Assembly: GCA_028534125.1 (NCBI GenBank)
Contig: CM052817.1
Location: 436,001 to 500,000, forward strand
Direction of reading: 5' to 3'
Source: Lama glama
Taxonomy: Eukaryota
Length of the DNA stretch: 64,000 bases
Position 1 is the stretch's first letter. Each line of letters begins with the position of its first letter. The position numbers and the translations under genes are program-made. The notes below the pieces were generated by a model. It was not told the DNA's origin, searched no databases, and saw only the letters and a program-made list of their open reading frames with translations. Below are positions 12,046 to 23,640 of this stretch, piece by piece.

Positions 12046-12961
12046 GAGGTCCCAGGTCCTCCACCAGGGCCACCAGCGAGCAGCAGCTGGGATGAGGGGG
12101 AGAGGAGAGAAGGGACCTCAGGGCCCGGAGCTGGCCTGGCTGCCAGCCCTGCTCTGACGCTCAGCAGATGCAGCTCCAGCACTGAGGTCACTCCTCCCTG
12201 GGGCGCCGCCGCCGCTTGCCGCACCCCTTCCTTTGTCTTTCCCTCCCGCCCACCCCTTCTCCTCTCCCTCCCAGTCCTCTCCTCCCACCAGGCCCTACCC
12301 AGTGTCTCCCTGGAGGTGGTGCCACTGCCCGCAGCCCTGGGCAGCCAGCGAGTGCCTCGCCCTGGGCAGGGCTGGGCCTGGCGTCAGTCCGGTGCTAGGG
12401 AGTGGGGCCTCCGGGCTCAGGCACCCCTGGCTTTGCGGCTCAGGGTTCAGCAAACACGGCTGCCTCCTTGCCACGCACAGAGCCACCGTGCCACCCACAC
12501 TGCTGGCCAGGGCACCTGGACGCTGTCCCTCCAAAGGAAATCAGAGCCAGGCGGCGGCCCTCCCCGAAGGGCTGAGGGGCGGCCCGGGCCCCCGACTTCC
12601 CTCCCTGGGGAGGGGCTCCAGCAGATTCTGAAGTTACTCCTGCTCGCTGTCAGGAAAATGTTTCCGGAACCCTTGTCACAGCCCGGGAGCCGGGGAGGCA
12701 AGGACGGGGGCCGGTCTCACGTGTAAGAGCCGCCCTGGGAGCTGCAAAGCTCGGAAGGGAGCGTCTCGTTCTCGCTTTTGAAGCCGCGTTAATGGTTTTC
12801 GTATTCAAAAAAAGAGAGAAAATAAATAGAATCAACAAAAATAGAAGGCAAACAAAAACAAATGATCTAACCTGTATTTCAAGTAAGTGGCACAGCCGCA
12901 GGGGAGCAGCTGCGAACGCCCGTTCAGACCCCAGGTTCTAAGGCTCCGGACAGATCCCGGC

Positions 12962-13360
12962 TCAGTGGTCCTCAAACATTTGGCCTCGGGACCCCTTACA
13001 CTCTGAGCAGTCGCTGAGAACCCACAGTGCGTCTGTGTGTGTGTTTTACCTGTCAATTCTCACCACGATCGAGACCTGCCGGAAGCCCCAGGGTACTTAC
13101 TTGCCTCACTTACAGGACAAACAGAAACCTGTTACACGTTAACACAAACTGCAGTGTCTTCTGAAAAACAGATGTATTTTTCAAAAGGAAACCTTTGTGA
13201 AAGGTGATGTGTGCAGATATCTTTGTGTGGCTTCCCAGAAGCCCCTGGCCTGTGAGGCCGGCTCGGGCGCTCAGGCCAAGGAGGCGCAGTGTTGGTTGGT
13301 ATCTGAGCTGAAAGCCAGCCCTTCACAGACGTAGCTGGGGGGGAGCCTTGTCAAACGTGA
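12962..13360 (-). mobile_element. hAT-Charlie DNA transposon end fragment (Charlie1-like)
   Basis: Starts with a hAT-type terminus cagtggtcctcaaacatttggcctcggggaccccttacactct; ttacacgttaacacaaa and tgaaaaacagatgtatttttcaaaa match the recalled consensus. Confidence 0.6.
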
Positions 13361-13884
13361 GGGCAGGTGGGCAGAAAGGGCAAGCCTGTCCTTGGAGAAG
13401 TGGCTGGTTTGGGTTTGAGGAGAGGAAGTGGGGGTGGGCCCAGGACTGTTCGGTCCCCGAAATAAGGAAACACTGCACCGGCTCCGGCACAAGCTGTACC
13501 TCGCCCGCTGGCTGGCAGGGGTAGAGGGGTGGCCTCAGGGTCCGCACTGTTTTCCAGAGGGCTCCCTCCCAGCCCCCTGCACCCCGAGGATAGGCTCTGC
13601 CCCCAGGGCTCCACCCAATGTGTGGCCAGTGGGGGCTGAAGGCTGGGACCCTCTGTTTGCAGGGAGGGGCCAGAGAGGAGGGGGGCCAGGGAGGCATTTC
13701 CTTTGGCAGTGGAGTGTTCCCCAAGAGCATGCCTGAGGGGTTCTTGTGACTCAGCGGGACATGGGAGGGGGCCGGTTCTTTACCATGCTCAGAAAGGTGC
13801 ACGGAGGGAGGCCTGGGAACAGGCGACCTGTGGCCCCTTGGCCCAGGCTGGATCTCAGGTGGGAGAGACCCTGCTTACACTGTG

Positions 13885-14010
13885 AGTCCTGGACTCACTG
13901 AAAACCACTCTGACCCTCAGACTCTTCTGCAAACCAGGATGCTACATCCTCTCTCCCACTAAGGATCAAATGAGGTAGCACTTGGAAAGCATTTGCAACC
14001 CTACAAACAG
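13885..14010 (+). mobile_element. MIR/MIR3 fragment
   Basis: Core-like aggatcaaatgaggtagcacttggaaagcatttgcaa. Confidence 0.5.
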
Positions 14011-14054
14011 AAGGTTCCTCTGTGCACACAGGTGGTCCCTCCCTCCTCCTCCCC

Positions 14055-14155
14055 CCGAATCCATCCATTTGTGAACATGTGTCGAGCACTGCTGGGTCTC
14101 AGCACTGGGAACACAGGAGAGACCCAGTAGACACAGCCCTACTCCCTAGACTAGG
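14055..14155 (-). mobile_element. L2 3' end fragment
   Basis: catccatttgtgaacatgtgtcgagcac...cactgggaacacag resembles the antisense L2 tail. Confidence 0.45.
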
Positions 14156-15999
14156 GAGGCGGGGGACTGGGCACATCTTGTAGCTGAAGTCCTGTCATTA
14201 GCGAGTGCCTGGTGATGTGCTGACACTCAGGTCAGGGTCCTGTCCTGTCACTCACTCCATGGTCAGTCCCCTCCAGGCTTCAGGGGAATGAGGCCAGGGC
14301 TGTGGCCTCTGCAGACCCCCACTCCCTGCCGGCAGCCACCTCCCCTCTGGCTCCAGGGTCCTGTCTACACCCACCTCCCCAGCTCTCCGTACCCGCTCGC
14401 CCCCCGTGGCTGGTGGCTGCAGGGCCTCCCCACCCCAGGCCCTTGGGCTGTGTAGCTCGGTTTTGCCTACAGCACCAGGGAGCGCCTGCCGGGCCCATCC
14501 TCCAGGGTGTTTGCAGTTTTACAGGCGTCCTTTATGAGCCAGCATTGCCGACGGTGGACTTTGGGCAGTTGTGCAACTTTGTCCCAACGGGGCAGTCGGG
14601 AGAGGGGTGGTCTGTGCTGCTCACGCTGGCCCTCAGTGGGGTGTAGAGTCTGCAGGGTCCATGTGGGAGTTGCCGAGGGCAGGCAACTGTGGCGCTGTGG
14701 CGCCACTCAGAACCCAGGTGCTGAGGGGCTCTGGGCTCCAGTGGGACCTTCCGCGCTGCGTCCGGTCCGGGGGCCTCCAGGCCTGTGTGACAAGGGCTCT
14801 TTCAGGGCTGTCCCCGGGCATGGACAGGCCTCCGGGGCCGCCTCACTGGGGCCCCACGGGGACACGCTGCCTCCGTGGGAGTCTGGCTCCCCAGGGTCTC
14901 CCCAGTCAACAGGCCCCCCTTTGTTTGCTGGTTTGTTACCAGACGTTTACAGAGGGCCCGGTCCCCGCCGGACGCCGCAGACAGCACACACAGGCCTCCA
15001 GTCCTAACAGTCCAGGGGGCCCACTGGTCCCGCCCCCCCATCCTGTCTCAGCAGCTCCTCCCTGTGCGCACCCAGCTCCACCCATCGAGGGTCTCAGAGA
15101 GGACCCCTCCCACCCTGCCCCAGGGGCACCTGGCCAGCCGGCCTGGTTACAGTCACAGCGCCTCCTGCAGAGAAGTCCGCTGCCTAAGCAGACAGGGGTC
15201 TGCCTGCGAGTCAGGCAGCGTACAGACTTTTGAGGTAATTGAGTTCCAAGAAGGACTTCCAGGCCAGAGCCGCAAGCGGACGCTGCCCACCAACTCCTGA
15301 GGCCCCACCTGCCTGGAAACCCCCAGCCCCGCTCCACTCCATTCTGGGTTCAGGCTTCCCCGAGCTCTTCTGGTCGGTGGAGGCTGAATCGGTCAGGCAC
15401 CCAGGCCCCAGGCTCAGCTCTGTGGCCTCTGCAGTCCGGGGAGACGCCAGAAGCAGGGCTGGGCGAACGGAGCGCCCCCCCTCAACAACACCCCGTGGGG
15501 GCCTGGCAAGCTGGCTTGCCCTCTGTAAGGGTCACTCCTGTAACCAAGCCTGGCTTGCAGGAGAGCCAGAGAAGCCAAGACACTCACCAAGTCTCACAGT
15601 AACGCCTTCTGCCCCACTTTCCCACTGTCCCGAGGAGGCCAGCCGCAGCTGCTGACCACAGGTCTGGGAAGAGAGCTGCTTCTATGTGGCTGTAAACACG
15701 GATTTTCCCTCCTTTGCAGCCGCCTACCTCCCATAAAGACAGGCCTGTCTGTGCAGGAGAATTTGCCATGTGTCTTCATCCCAGTTCAGATGCCAGGACC
15801 TCAGCAAAAAAAGGCAGAGGATGGACCTCTGAAAACACTCATCCGTAAAAGCAGGGAGACAACAGGCCAAATGGTCAGAACAAGCTTTTTCAGCACCCTG
15901 GAAATTGGCCGAAGGCTTGCAGCAGGCTTTAGAGTTGTTTTTTGTTTCTTGTTTTTCAATCAAGAAAATTAGCTGAATCTTGATAAGAACAGATATGAG

Positions 16000-16640
16000 G
16001 TTTTGGTTTTTAGCATCTTAACCCTCTAAGCACACAGCTCAGGGCATGAGTACTTTCACACCGCTGTGCGGCCGTTGCCACCGCCCATCCCCAGAACTCT
16101 TCATCCTACAAAACTGAAACTCTGTTCCTGCTGAGCAGTAACTCCCTCCTCCCCACCAGCCCCGCCAGCCGCCATTCTGCTTTCTGTCTGCAAGGCTGAC
16201 TCCTCTAGGGACCTCGTGTAAGTGGACTCACACAGCATTTGTCCTTCTGTGGCTGGCTTACTCCACTCTGCATAGTGTCCTGGGTTCATCTGATTTTAGT
16301 GGGAGTCAGAATATCCTTCCTTTTTAAGGCTGAGACGTATTCTGCTGTGCAGAGACCACGTTTTGCTCATTCACTCATCAGTGGACACTCGGGTGGCATC
16401 CTCGTCTCAGCTGCTGTGAACATGGTTGTGAAGTATCTCTTCAAGACTCTGCTTTCAGTTCTGTGGGCTTTATACCCAGAAGTGGAATTGCTGGACCCTG
16501 TGGTAATTAATTCTCTGTTTAATTTTTTGAGGACCCTCCACTGTCTTCTACAGTGACTGCCCCATTTTATGTTCCCACCGGCAGTGCACGTAGGCCCCAG
16601 TTTCTTCACGTCCTGTCCAAGCTGTGATGTATTTCAGTTT
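16000..16640 (-). mobile_element. L1MB-like 3' end
   Basis: Clear antisense L1 3' text: aaactgaaactctgt; taagtggactcacacagcatttgtcctt; tatacccagaagtggaattgctgga. Confidence 0.85.
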
Positions 16641-16949
16641 GCCCTGGGCCCATCCTCCGCTCTCCAGCTCTGTAATAGCCTTGAAAATAACAACTCACAT
16701 CCACGGTGAACACTGATCGCCCCCCACCCCCACCCCGGACAGAGCAGACCAGAGCTGGAGCACTGTCAAAGCAGCTTTCCCACAAACCTGTCATCATCTG
16801 AGCCGTCTGGTGGTGCCCTGCAAGACCCCCCTTGCAAGGCTGTCTGCATCTGACTTGGTTCCAAGCTCACCCAGTATGAAAAGCCTTTTCCTCAAGGGTG
16901 ATTGTTGAAAATGATGACCAAAGAAAGAAAGAAAGGAAAATGATTACAG

Positions 16950-19900
16950 GCAAAAAATGAACTTTGTGGTTGCCTGAGGTAATAGATAACAGTTGGGACA
17001 AACAGGAAACTAACCAGGAAGATTAGAATGAAAACCTGAGGGCTGTCAACTGCCTGGCTGAGGGGAAAAGTGTAGCCCAACACCCACAGAGCCCCATCAA
17101 AAAGACCGGGAGACTTACTGGTTCCAGGCATTAAGGAAATCTCTGTCTGGGCAGTACCTGACCACTAAGCTGATGAAACAGAGACTTAGTGACCACACAC
17201 GGCACAGAAGACAGGTTTTACAGAATTAGTTCAGAAATGTCATTAAACAAATGACAATAAGCAGCAACGGCAATAAATCCCAGGGAAACCGCTGAGAAAA
17301 TAATTCAAAAAACATAGTAAAAGAAACAAGTGGCCCATGAAAAAACGCTCAATATCACTAATTATCAGAGAAATGCAAATCAAAACTACAATGAGGTGTC
17401 ACCTCACACCGGTCAGAATGGCCATTATCAAAAGCCCACAAATGACAAATGCTGGAGAGGCTGTGGAGAGAAGGGAACCCTCCTACACTGCTGGTGGGAA
17501 TGCAGTTTGGTGCAGCCACTGTGGAAAACAGTATGGAGATTCCTTAAAAGTCTAAAAACAGACCTACCATATGATCCAGCAATCCCACTTCTGGGCATAT
17601 ATCCAGAGGGAACCTTAATTCAAAAAGACACCTGCACCCCAATGTTCACAGCAGCACTATTTACAATAGCTAAGACATGGAAGCAACCTAAATGTCCATC
17701 GACAGATGACTGGATAAAGAAGATGTGGTATATTTGTACAATGGAACACTACTCAGCCATAAAAAAGACTAAAATAATGCCATTTGCAGCAACATGGATG
17801 GACCTGGAGACTCACTCTAAGTGAAGTAAGCCAGAAAGAGAAAGAAAAATACCATATGATATCACTTATATGTGGAATCTCAAAAAAAAAAAGACAAAAG
17901 AACTTATTTACAAAAACAGAAACAGACTCACAGACACAGGGTTACCAGAGGAGAAGAGGGTGGAAAGGGATAAACTGGGAGTTTGAGATTTGTAGATACT
18001 AACTACTATTTATAAAATAGCTAAACAACAAGTTTACACTGTACAGCACAGGGGGCTCTATCCAATATCTTTCAGTAACTTATGGGGAAATGAATATGCA
18101 AACAGATATATTTGTGTTCCTATTTGACTGAAATACTGTGCTGTCCACCAGAGACTGACACAACATTGTAAACTGACTATACTTCTATAAAATACATGTA
18201 TACAAAAAAGTAAAAATTAAAAAAAAAACAAGTGAATTAAAATGAGACACTAGAAGATATCTGTTTAACACAAAGGGAGGCAGTACAGAAGAACAGAGAA
18301 CAGAAAGTTGCCGCCCGTACGGAAGACACAGCAGACGGCAGATTTAAATCCCACCTACAAGTTAAAGATTCTATGTAAATTAAAGAACAAACGCTCCTAT
18401 TAAAAGACAGTGTATGGCACAGTGGACAAACATAAAACATGACCTTACTATGTGCCGTCTGCAAAAGGCAGACATTAAATTTAAAGACACAAATAGGTTG
18501 AAATCAAAGGATGCAGAGAGTAAACAAAAGAGAGCTGGAGTGACTGCACCAGTACGAAGCAAAACTGGCTTGAGGACAAATGCTGTTACTAGAGACAAAG
18601 AAGGACATTTTACTGTGATAGAAGGCTGCTCCCACCGGGGAGACATAACCGTAGCAGACACATATGCACCTAAAACAGGGCTCCCCCAACGTGTGAAGCA
18701 CAGACAGAAGTCAGGGCTGAGATGGGCAATTCAACAGTAATGACTGGATGCTGGAAAAGACTCTCTACTTTCAGTAGCGTGCTTTCAAGAACGGATAACG
18801 CAACAAGACAGCAGATCAAAGGGAAACAGAAGACTTGAGCAACACTGTAACCCAGCTGGACCCAGCAGGCAGAACTCTCCACCTAACGGCGCTCCCAGTG
18901 CACGTGGGCTTCTCCAGAATAGAGCATGTGATGAAGTGTCTCAGTAAACCTGAAATGACTGAAATCACGCAAAGCATGTTCTCTCACCACAGCGGAATGA
19001 AGTTAAAAAATCAATTACAGGAAGAAATTTGGGAAATCAAAAAATACGTTGAAATTAAACATGATACCCCTTAGTAACCAATGGATCAAAAAAATGACAC
19101 TGGAAGTTAGAGAATACTTTGAGATAAATGAAAATGAAAACAGAAACTTACAGAATGAAGCAGAGAAACTTACAGGATGAAGCAGAGCAGTGCTTTGAAG
19201 GAAATAACAAAGATCTCAAATTCGTAACCCAGTTGACCACCAAAAGAAACTAGAAAAAGGAGAGAAAACCAAACCCAAACCAAACAGAAGGAAATAATAA
19301 ATATCAGAGCAGAAATGCATGAAATAGAGAATTTTAAAAATTGAGAAAAATCAATGAAAACAAAAGTTGGTTCTTTGAAAAGATCAAGAAAATTGACCAG
19401 CTAGACCAAGAAAAAAAGGAAGAGACTCAAATTACTAAAATCAGGAATGAACTAGGAGACATTACTAATGACCTTACAGAAATAAAAAAGAGCTACGAGA
19501 GAATCCCACGAGTACCAGCGTGCCGACAAATTAGGTGACCTGTGTGGAATGGACAAGCTCCTAGAAAGACGCAGGCTACCAGCGCCGACTCAGAGGGACC
19601 AGCAAGCCTGAACAGCCCTGTAACAAAGAGAATGAGTTAGAAATGTTCGAAAAATTGCTATAAAGCGAAGCCCAGGATCACACGGCTTCACTGGTGAATT
19701 TCACGAACATTCAAAGAAGAATGAACGCCCATCCCTCTCCGAATCTCCCCCCAAGTAGAGGAGGGAACTCCTCCCTGCTCATTCTACAAGGCCAGTGTTA
19801 CCCAAACCCAAACTAGACAAAGTCATCTGGGAAAGGAAGACTGCCGAGGAACATCCTCCTGAGTGCAGATACACACATGGTCAACGAAACACCAGCAAAC

Positions 19901-21660
19901 TGCGTCCAGCAGCATTGAAAAAAGATGATCCAAACAAACGCAAGGTTGGTTCAACATGTAAAAATCGATCCATGTGATACAGCACGTTAATCGATTAAGG
20001 ACAAACACGATCATCTCAATGGAAACAAAAACAGCGTTTGACAAAATCCAACTTGTAGTCACGATAGAAGCACTCCATAAACTAGGACCCAAAGGGAACG
20101 TTCTCACACGGGGTGTCTGTGAAAAACCCATTGCTAGCGTCGTGCTGGACGCTGAAAGCCTGAAAGCGTCGCCCTGAAGCAGGAGCAAGATGAGGATGCC
20201 CGTCCTGTTACTTCTCTGCAGTGTTGTGCTGGAGGCTCTGGCCAGGGAGACCGGCAAGAAGGTGAGCTGAAAGGCAGGCGCATTGACAGAGGAAGAGAAA
20301 ACTGTCTCTGCTTGCAGGCGACATGCTCTTGTGTGGAAAATACCGGCGCTAGTGAAAGGAAGTTAGAAAGCGAGATTACAGATACAAGGTCAACACACAA
20401 AGATCAGCTGCATTTCTACACACCAGCAACGGACAGTCTGGAAATGAGGTCAAGAGCGTGAGTCCATTCACAGCAGCAGCGAAAGGGATGAGACGCGTAG
20501 GAGTAAGTTTAAGCAGCGGAGTGCAAGACTCGCGCACTGGAAGCTGTGGAGCATTGTTGGAACAAGCGAAAGATCCAGTACATGGAAAGACACCTCGTGG
20601 TTGTTAGTTGGAAGAATTAAGACCGTTAAGGTGGAAACACTCCCCAAATTGATCTACAGACTCATGACAATTCCTGTCAGAACTCCAGCTGCTTTTTTTC
20701 CCTCCAGAAATGGAAATGCTGCTCCTGAAAATCATGTGGGATTGTGAGGAGCCCCAGAGCCCAGGTGGCTTCCAGAGGAAGACCTAAGTGGGAGGCCGCA
20801 CACCTGCCGACTTCAAGACGCACTGCAGAGCTGCAGCAGCAGGACGCGTGGCCCTGGCCCAGAGCGGGCGTGTTAGCGACGGTCCAGAAATAAGCCTTTA
20901 CGTTCACGGTCAAGCCATTTTTGACGAGGGCGCCCAAACCATGCACTAGAGGAAAGGTCTTCACGTGTTGCTGAGACAAACAGACGTCCACGTGGCAAGA
21001 GAATGAAGTTGGCTCCCACCTCACACCATACATAAAATTTAAATCAAAATAGATCAAGGACATAGATGTAAACACGAAAACTGTAAAACTCCAAAAGAAA
21101 TCTTAGGAGTAAATTTTGTGACCATGGATTAGGTAACAATTTCTTAGATTTGACCAAAAATGTGAACAACCAAAGGAAAAATGGATAAAATATATTTCAT
21201 CAAAATGAAAAACTGTTGTGCACCAGCAAGAAAGAGGCAACCCACAATTTAGGTGAAAATAATTGCAAATTGTATGTTTGATAAAAGTTTAGTATCCAGA
21301 ATATATAAAGAACTCTTTCAACTCAATAATAAAAAGACAACCCAATTAAAAATAGGCAAAGGGTTTGAATGGACGTTTCTCCAGACGGGACACACGCGGG
21401 GCCAGCAAGCATATGAAATATGCTTCGGGAAATGCAGATCAAAACCACGACGGGATGCCAGCTCAGTAGGATGGATATAATTTTTTTTAAAGTTGGATAA
21501 TAGCAAGTGTTGGCGAGGATGTGGAGAAACTGGAATCCTCCTGTTTTGCCAGTGGGAGTGTGAAATGGTGCAGCTGCTTTGGAAACTAGTTTGGCACATC
21601 CTCAAAACATGAGGCATGAAGTTACCACACGACACAGCAATCCCACTCCTGGGCCTCTGC
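16950..21660 (+). mobile_element. Old L1 (L1M-type): 5' remnant plus degenerate ORF2 (endonuclease, RT, C-terminal region), with a younger L1 nested at 17333-18225
   Basis: ORF2 peptide remnants: TMCRLQKADIKFKDTNRLK and RDKEGHF (endonuclease), KINENKSWFFEKI, IISMETKTAFDKIQ (RT), LVSRIYKELFQLNNKK, LPHDTAIPLLG. Many stops and frameshifts. Confidence 0.9.
17333..18225 (+). mobile_element. Younger 5'-truncated L1 (ORF2 C-terminus, cetartiodactyl-type 3'UTR, poly-A) with TSD
   Basis: SLIIREMQIKTTMR, then a frameshift near 17430, then [18 protein letters not shown] (Cys-rich knuckle)...WIKKMWY. A-tail ends about 18225; direct repeat aaacaagtg at 17324-17332 and 18226-18234. Confidence 0.92.
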
Positions 21661-23200
21661 CCAGCAGACCCGGGAGCTCGCAGTCCAGGGGAGGAGGTTG
21701 GACGACCCAGTTGCAGGAGAGGCGGCAGCAGCGTCCCACCCCCAATGAACCCAGGCCCCCGGGTCCACGCCTGCGATGCCACAGATGGGGCAGGGTGTAA
21801 GTGGGCTCTGGACAGGGTGTGAGGCTCGTGTCACCCCTGGGCTTTGCCCACCCAGGTTTGGCTCGCAGCTGGTAGGTGAGGGGAGGCGTGGGTGGGCTTG
21901 TTCCCAAGACCTCGGTTCACACATTAGCCAAGGGTCCACGGCAGCTGCAGCTGGCGAGTCTGAACAAGCCGGGTGCTCATGTCACCTGTGCCCCCAGGGG
22001 ACCAGTGCCCTGGCTCCTGGTTCCCCGCCGGGACCCACATCTCCTTTGCTGGCCTCATCAGTGGCCTGAGCATGCCTGGAGCCGCGCTTCCGCTGTCCAT
22101 CTGGTGTCCTGAGGCAGGGGTGTTGCACTGCTGGGCCGGGACTTCCAGAGCCGCCTGGGTGGCCATGTTGGGAGTGTCCCAGTCCGAGTCTTCGGGGCCA
22201 TCAGTCCCCATGGCCCCGGGTCCAGGGGTCCTCCCTCCAGCCTCGCCGATGTGGGCAGCATCTGAGGGGCAGACCCCTGGTGGGAGCTCCTGGACCGGCC
22301 CCAGGGGGAGGGGCTCCAGCAGTGGAGGGGAGGCTCTGTCCCTGTCCCTCAGCGGCCTCCTGGCAAGGCTGTTCCTGCCCCTAGCCCCTCGAGGCCAGCA
22401 CCCTGGAGGACCAGGGGAGGCCTCCCTCCCACTCAGGACCTGCTTCCCAGCCTGGAAACTCTGAGCGAGCGCTGTTGGCCCACCGCCCTGCAGCCCGACG
22501 TCCGGCTCCAGCCTCGTGGTGGCGGGCTCTCTGCCTGGGCACAGGCAGAGCGGAAATGTGGGTTGCATTTGTTCACATGGCCTGGAGCCAGAGCCAACTG
22601 AAGGACAAGTACGCACTTGGGCTGCCTGGCAGGGCCCCAGCCCACAGTGGCCCCCACCCCAGTGCATGCTCAGGAGGCAGGGGATCCCCGTCCCCAGACG
22701 CCCGAGATCTCTGAGGCATGTCCTTCCTGCTGCTCGGCCAGACTGGGTCAGACTGGGCCAGACTGGGCCTGGCTGGCATGTTGAGGGTCAGGCCTGCCAT
22801 ACCCTCCCAAGCCTCTCCCCGCCCAGGGCACCTGACCAGGCCTGACCCGCCCAGGGGCGCCTCTGCCACCCACTCTCCAGCGCCCCAACCCTGCAGGCTG
22901 TCTGCACCACCTCCTAGAGTCCTGGGTCCCCCCAGCTGCCCGGGGAGCCCCGACCCTCCTCACAGCTCCAGGACTCTGCTTGTGGGGAGCCACATGCCTG
23001 AATTTGGGAGGGCGCCCTGAAGTGGAGCCCCTGCTGCCCCCACAGACCATGGAGAGTAGAGCCTGGAGGGGGGCTTGGAGCCCCCCGTGCACTTGGTGAC
23101 GCGTCCCCTCCATTCCTGCAGGGTGTCTTACAAGCACAGAAGGTGAGCCTCGCTCCTGAGGACTTGGAGAAAGTCTAGCTGCCTGCCCTCCACCTGCCCC

Positions 23201-23288
23201 GCCAGCAGCCACACACAGGGGAGGGGGCTGAGGCTCAGAGGGCCGCCAGCAGCCGCACACAGGTGAGGGGGCTGAGGCTCAGAGGGCT
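23201..23288. repeat. Tandem duplication, 2 x 44 bp, 3 mismatches
   Basis: gccagcagcc[a/g]cacacagg[g/t]gagggggctgaggctcagagggc[c/t] at 23201-23244 and 23245-23288. Confidence 0.9.
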
Positions 23289-23484
23289 GGCCGATTCAGG
23301 GGCGGGGGCTGCAGAGCCCCCCGGGGTCCCGGGGCCTGTGTCGGGACAGGGAGCAGGTGGCTCGGGCATCCACCACTTGGTGAGCTCAGTGTCCTCTGGG
23401 CGGAACCAGGGGGAGACGGGGGGACGGGGCTCCTCCAGGCAGATCACAAACGTCTCTCTCCATGTCAGCTCTACTGTCAAGATT

Positions 23485-23640
23485 CTTGTGAAAAATTTTG
23501 TTTCTGGGATAATTTTAGACTCTGAGAAGCTGCAAACATGCTTGAGTTGCCTGAACCCTCCACTAGCTTCCTCTAATGTCAAGGCTCGGAGTGCCCTGGA
23601 CAGGCCGTCAGTGCTGGCACCTGTCACTGCTGAACGTCAG
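23485..23640 (-). mobile_element. Short L1MC-like 3' terminal fragment
   Basis: ttttgtttctgggataattttagactctgagaagctgcaaa...agcttcctctaatgt. Confidence 0.55.

Noticed and set aside
19142..19185. Short direct repeats (22-bp here; 10-bp x3 at ~22736-22769; 26-bp at 36410-36461) as CRISPR-like or functional arrays
   Set aside because: Simple local tandem duplications with no spacers, in a mammalian context.
17330..21660. Active or intact L1 ORF2
   Set aside because: Multiple stops and frameshifts, and the young insert is 5'-truncated.
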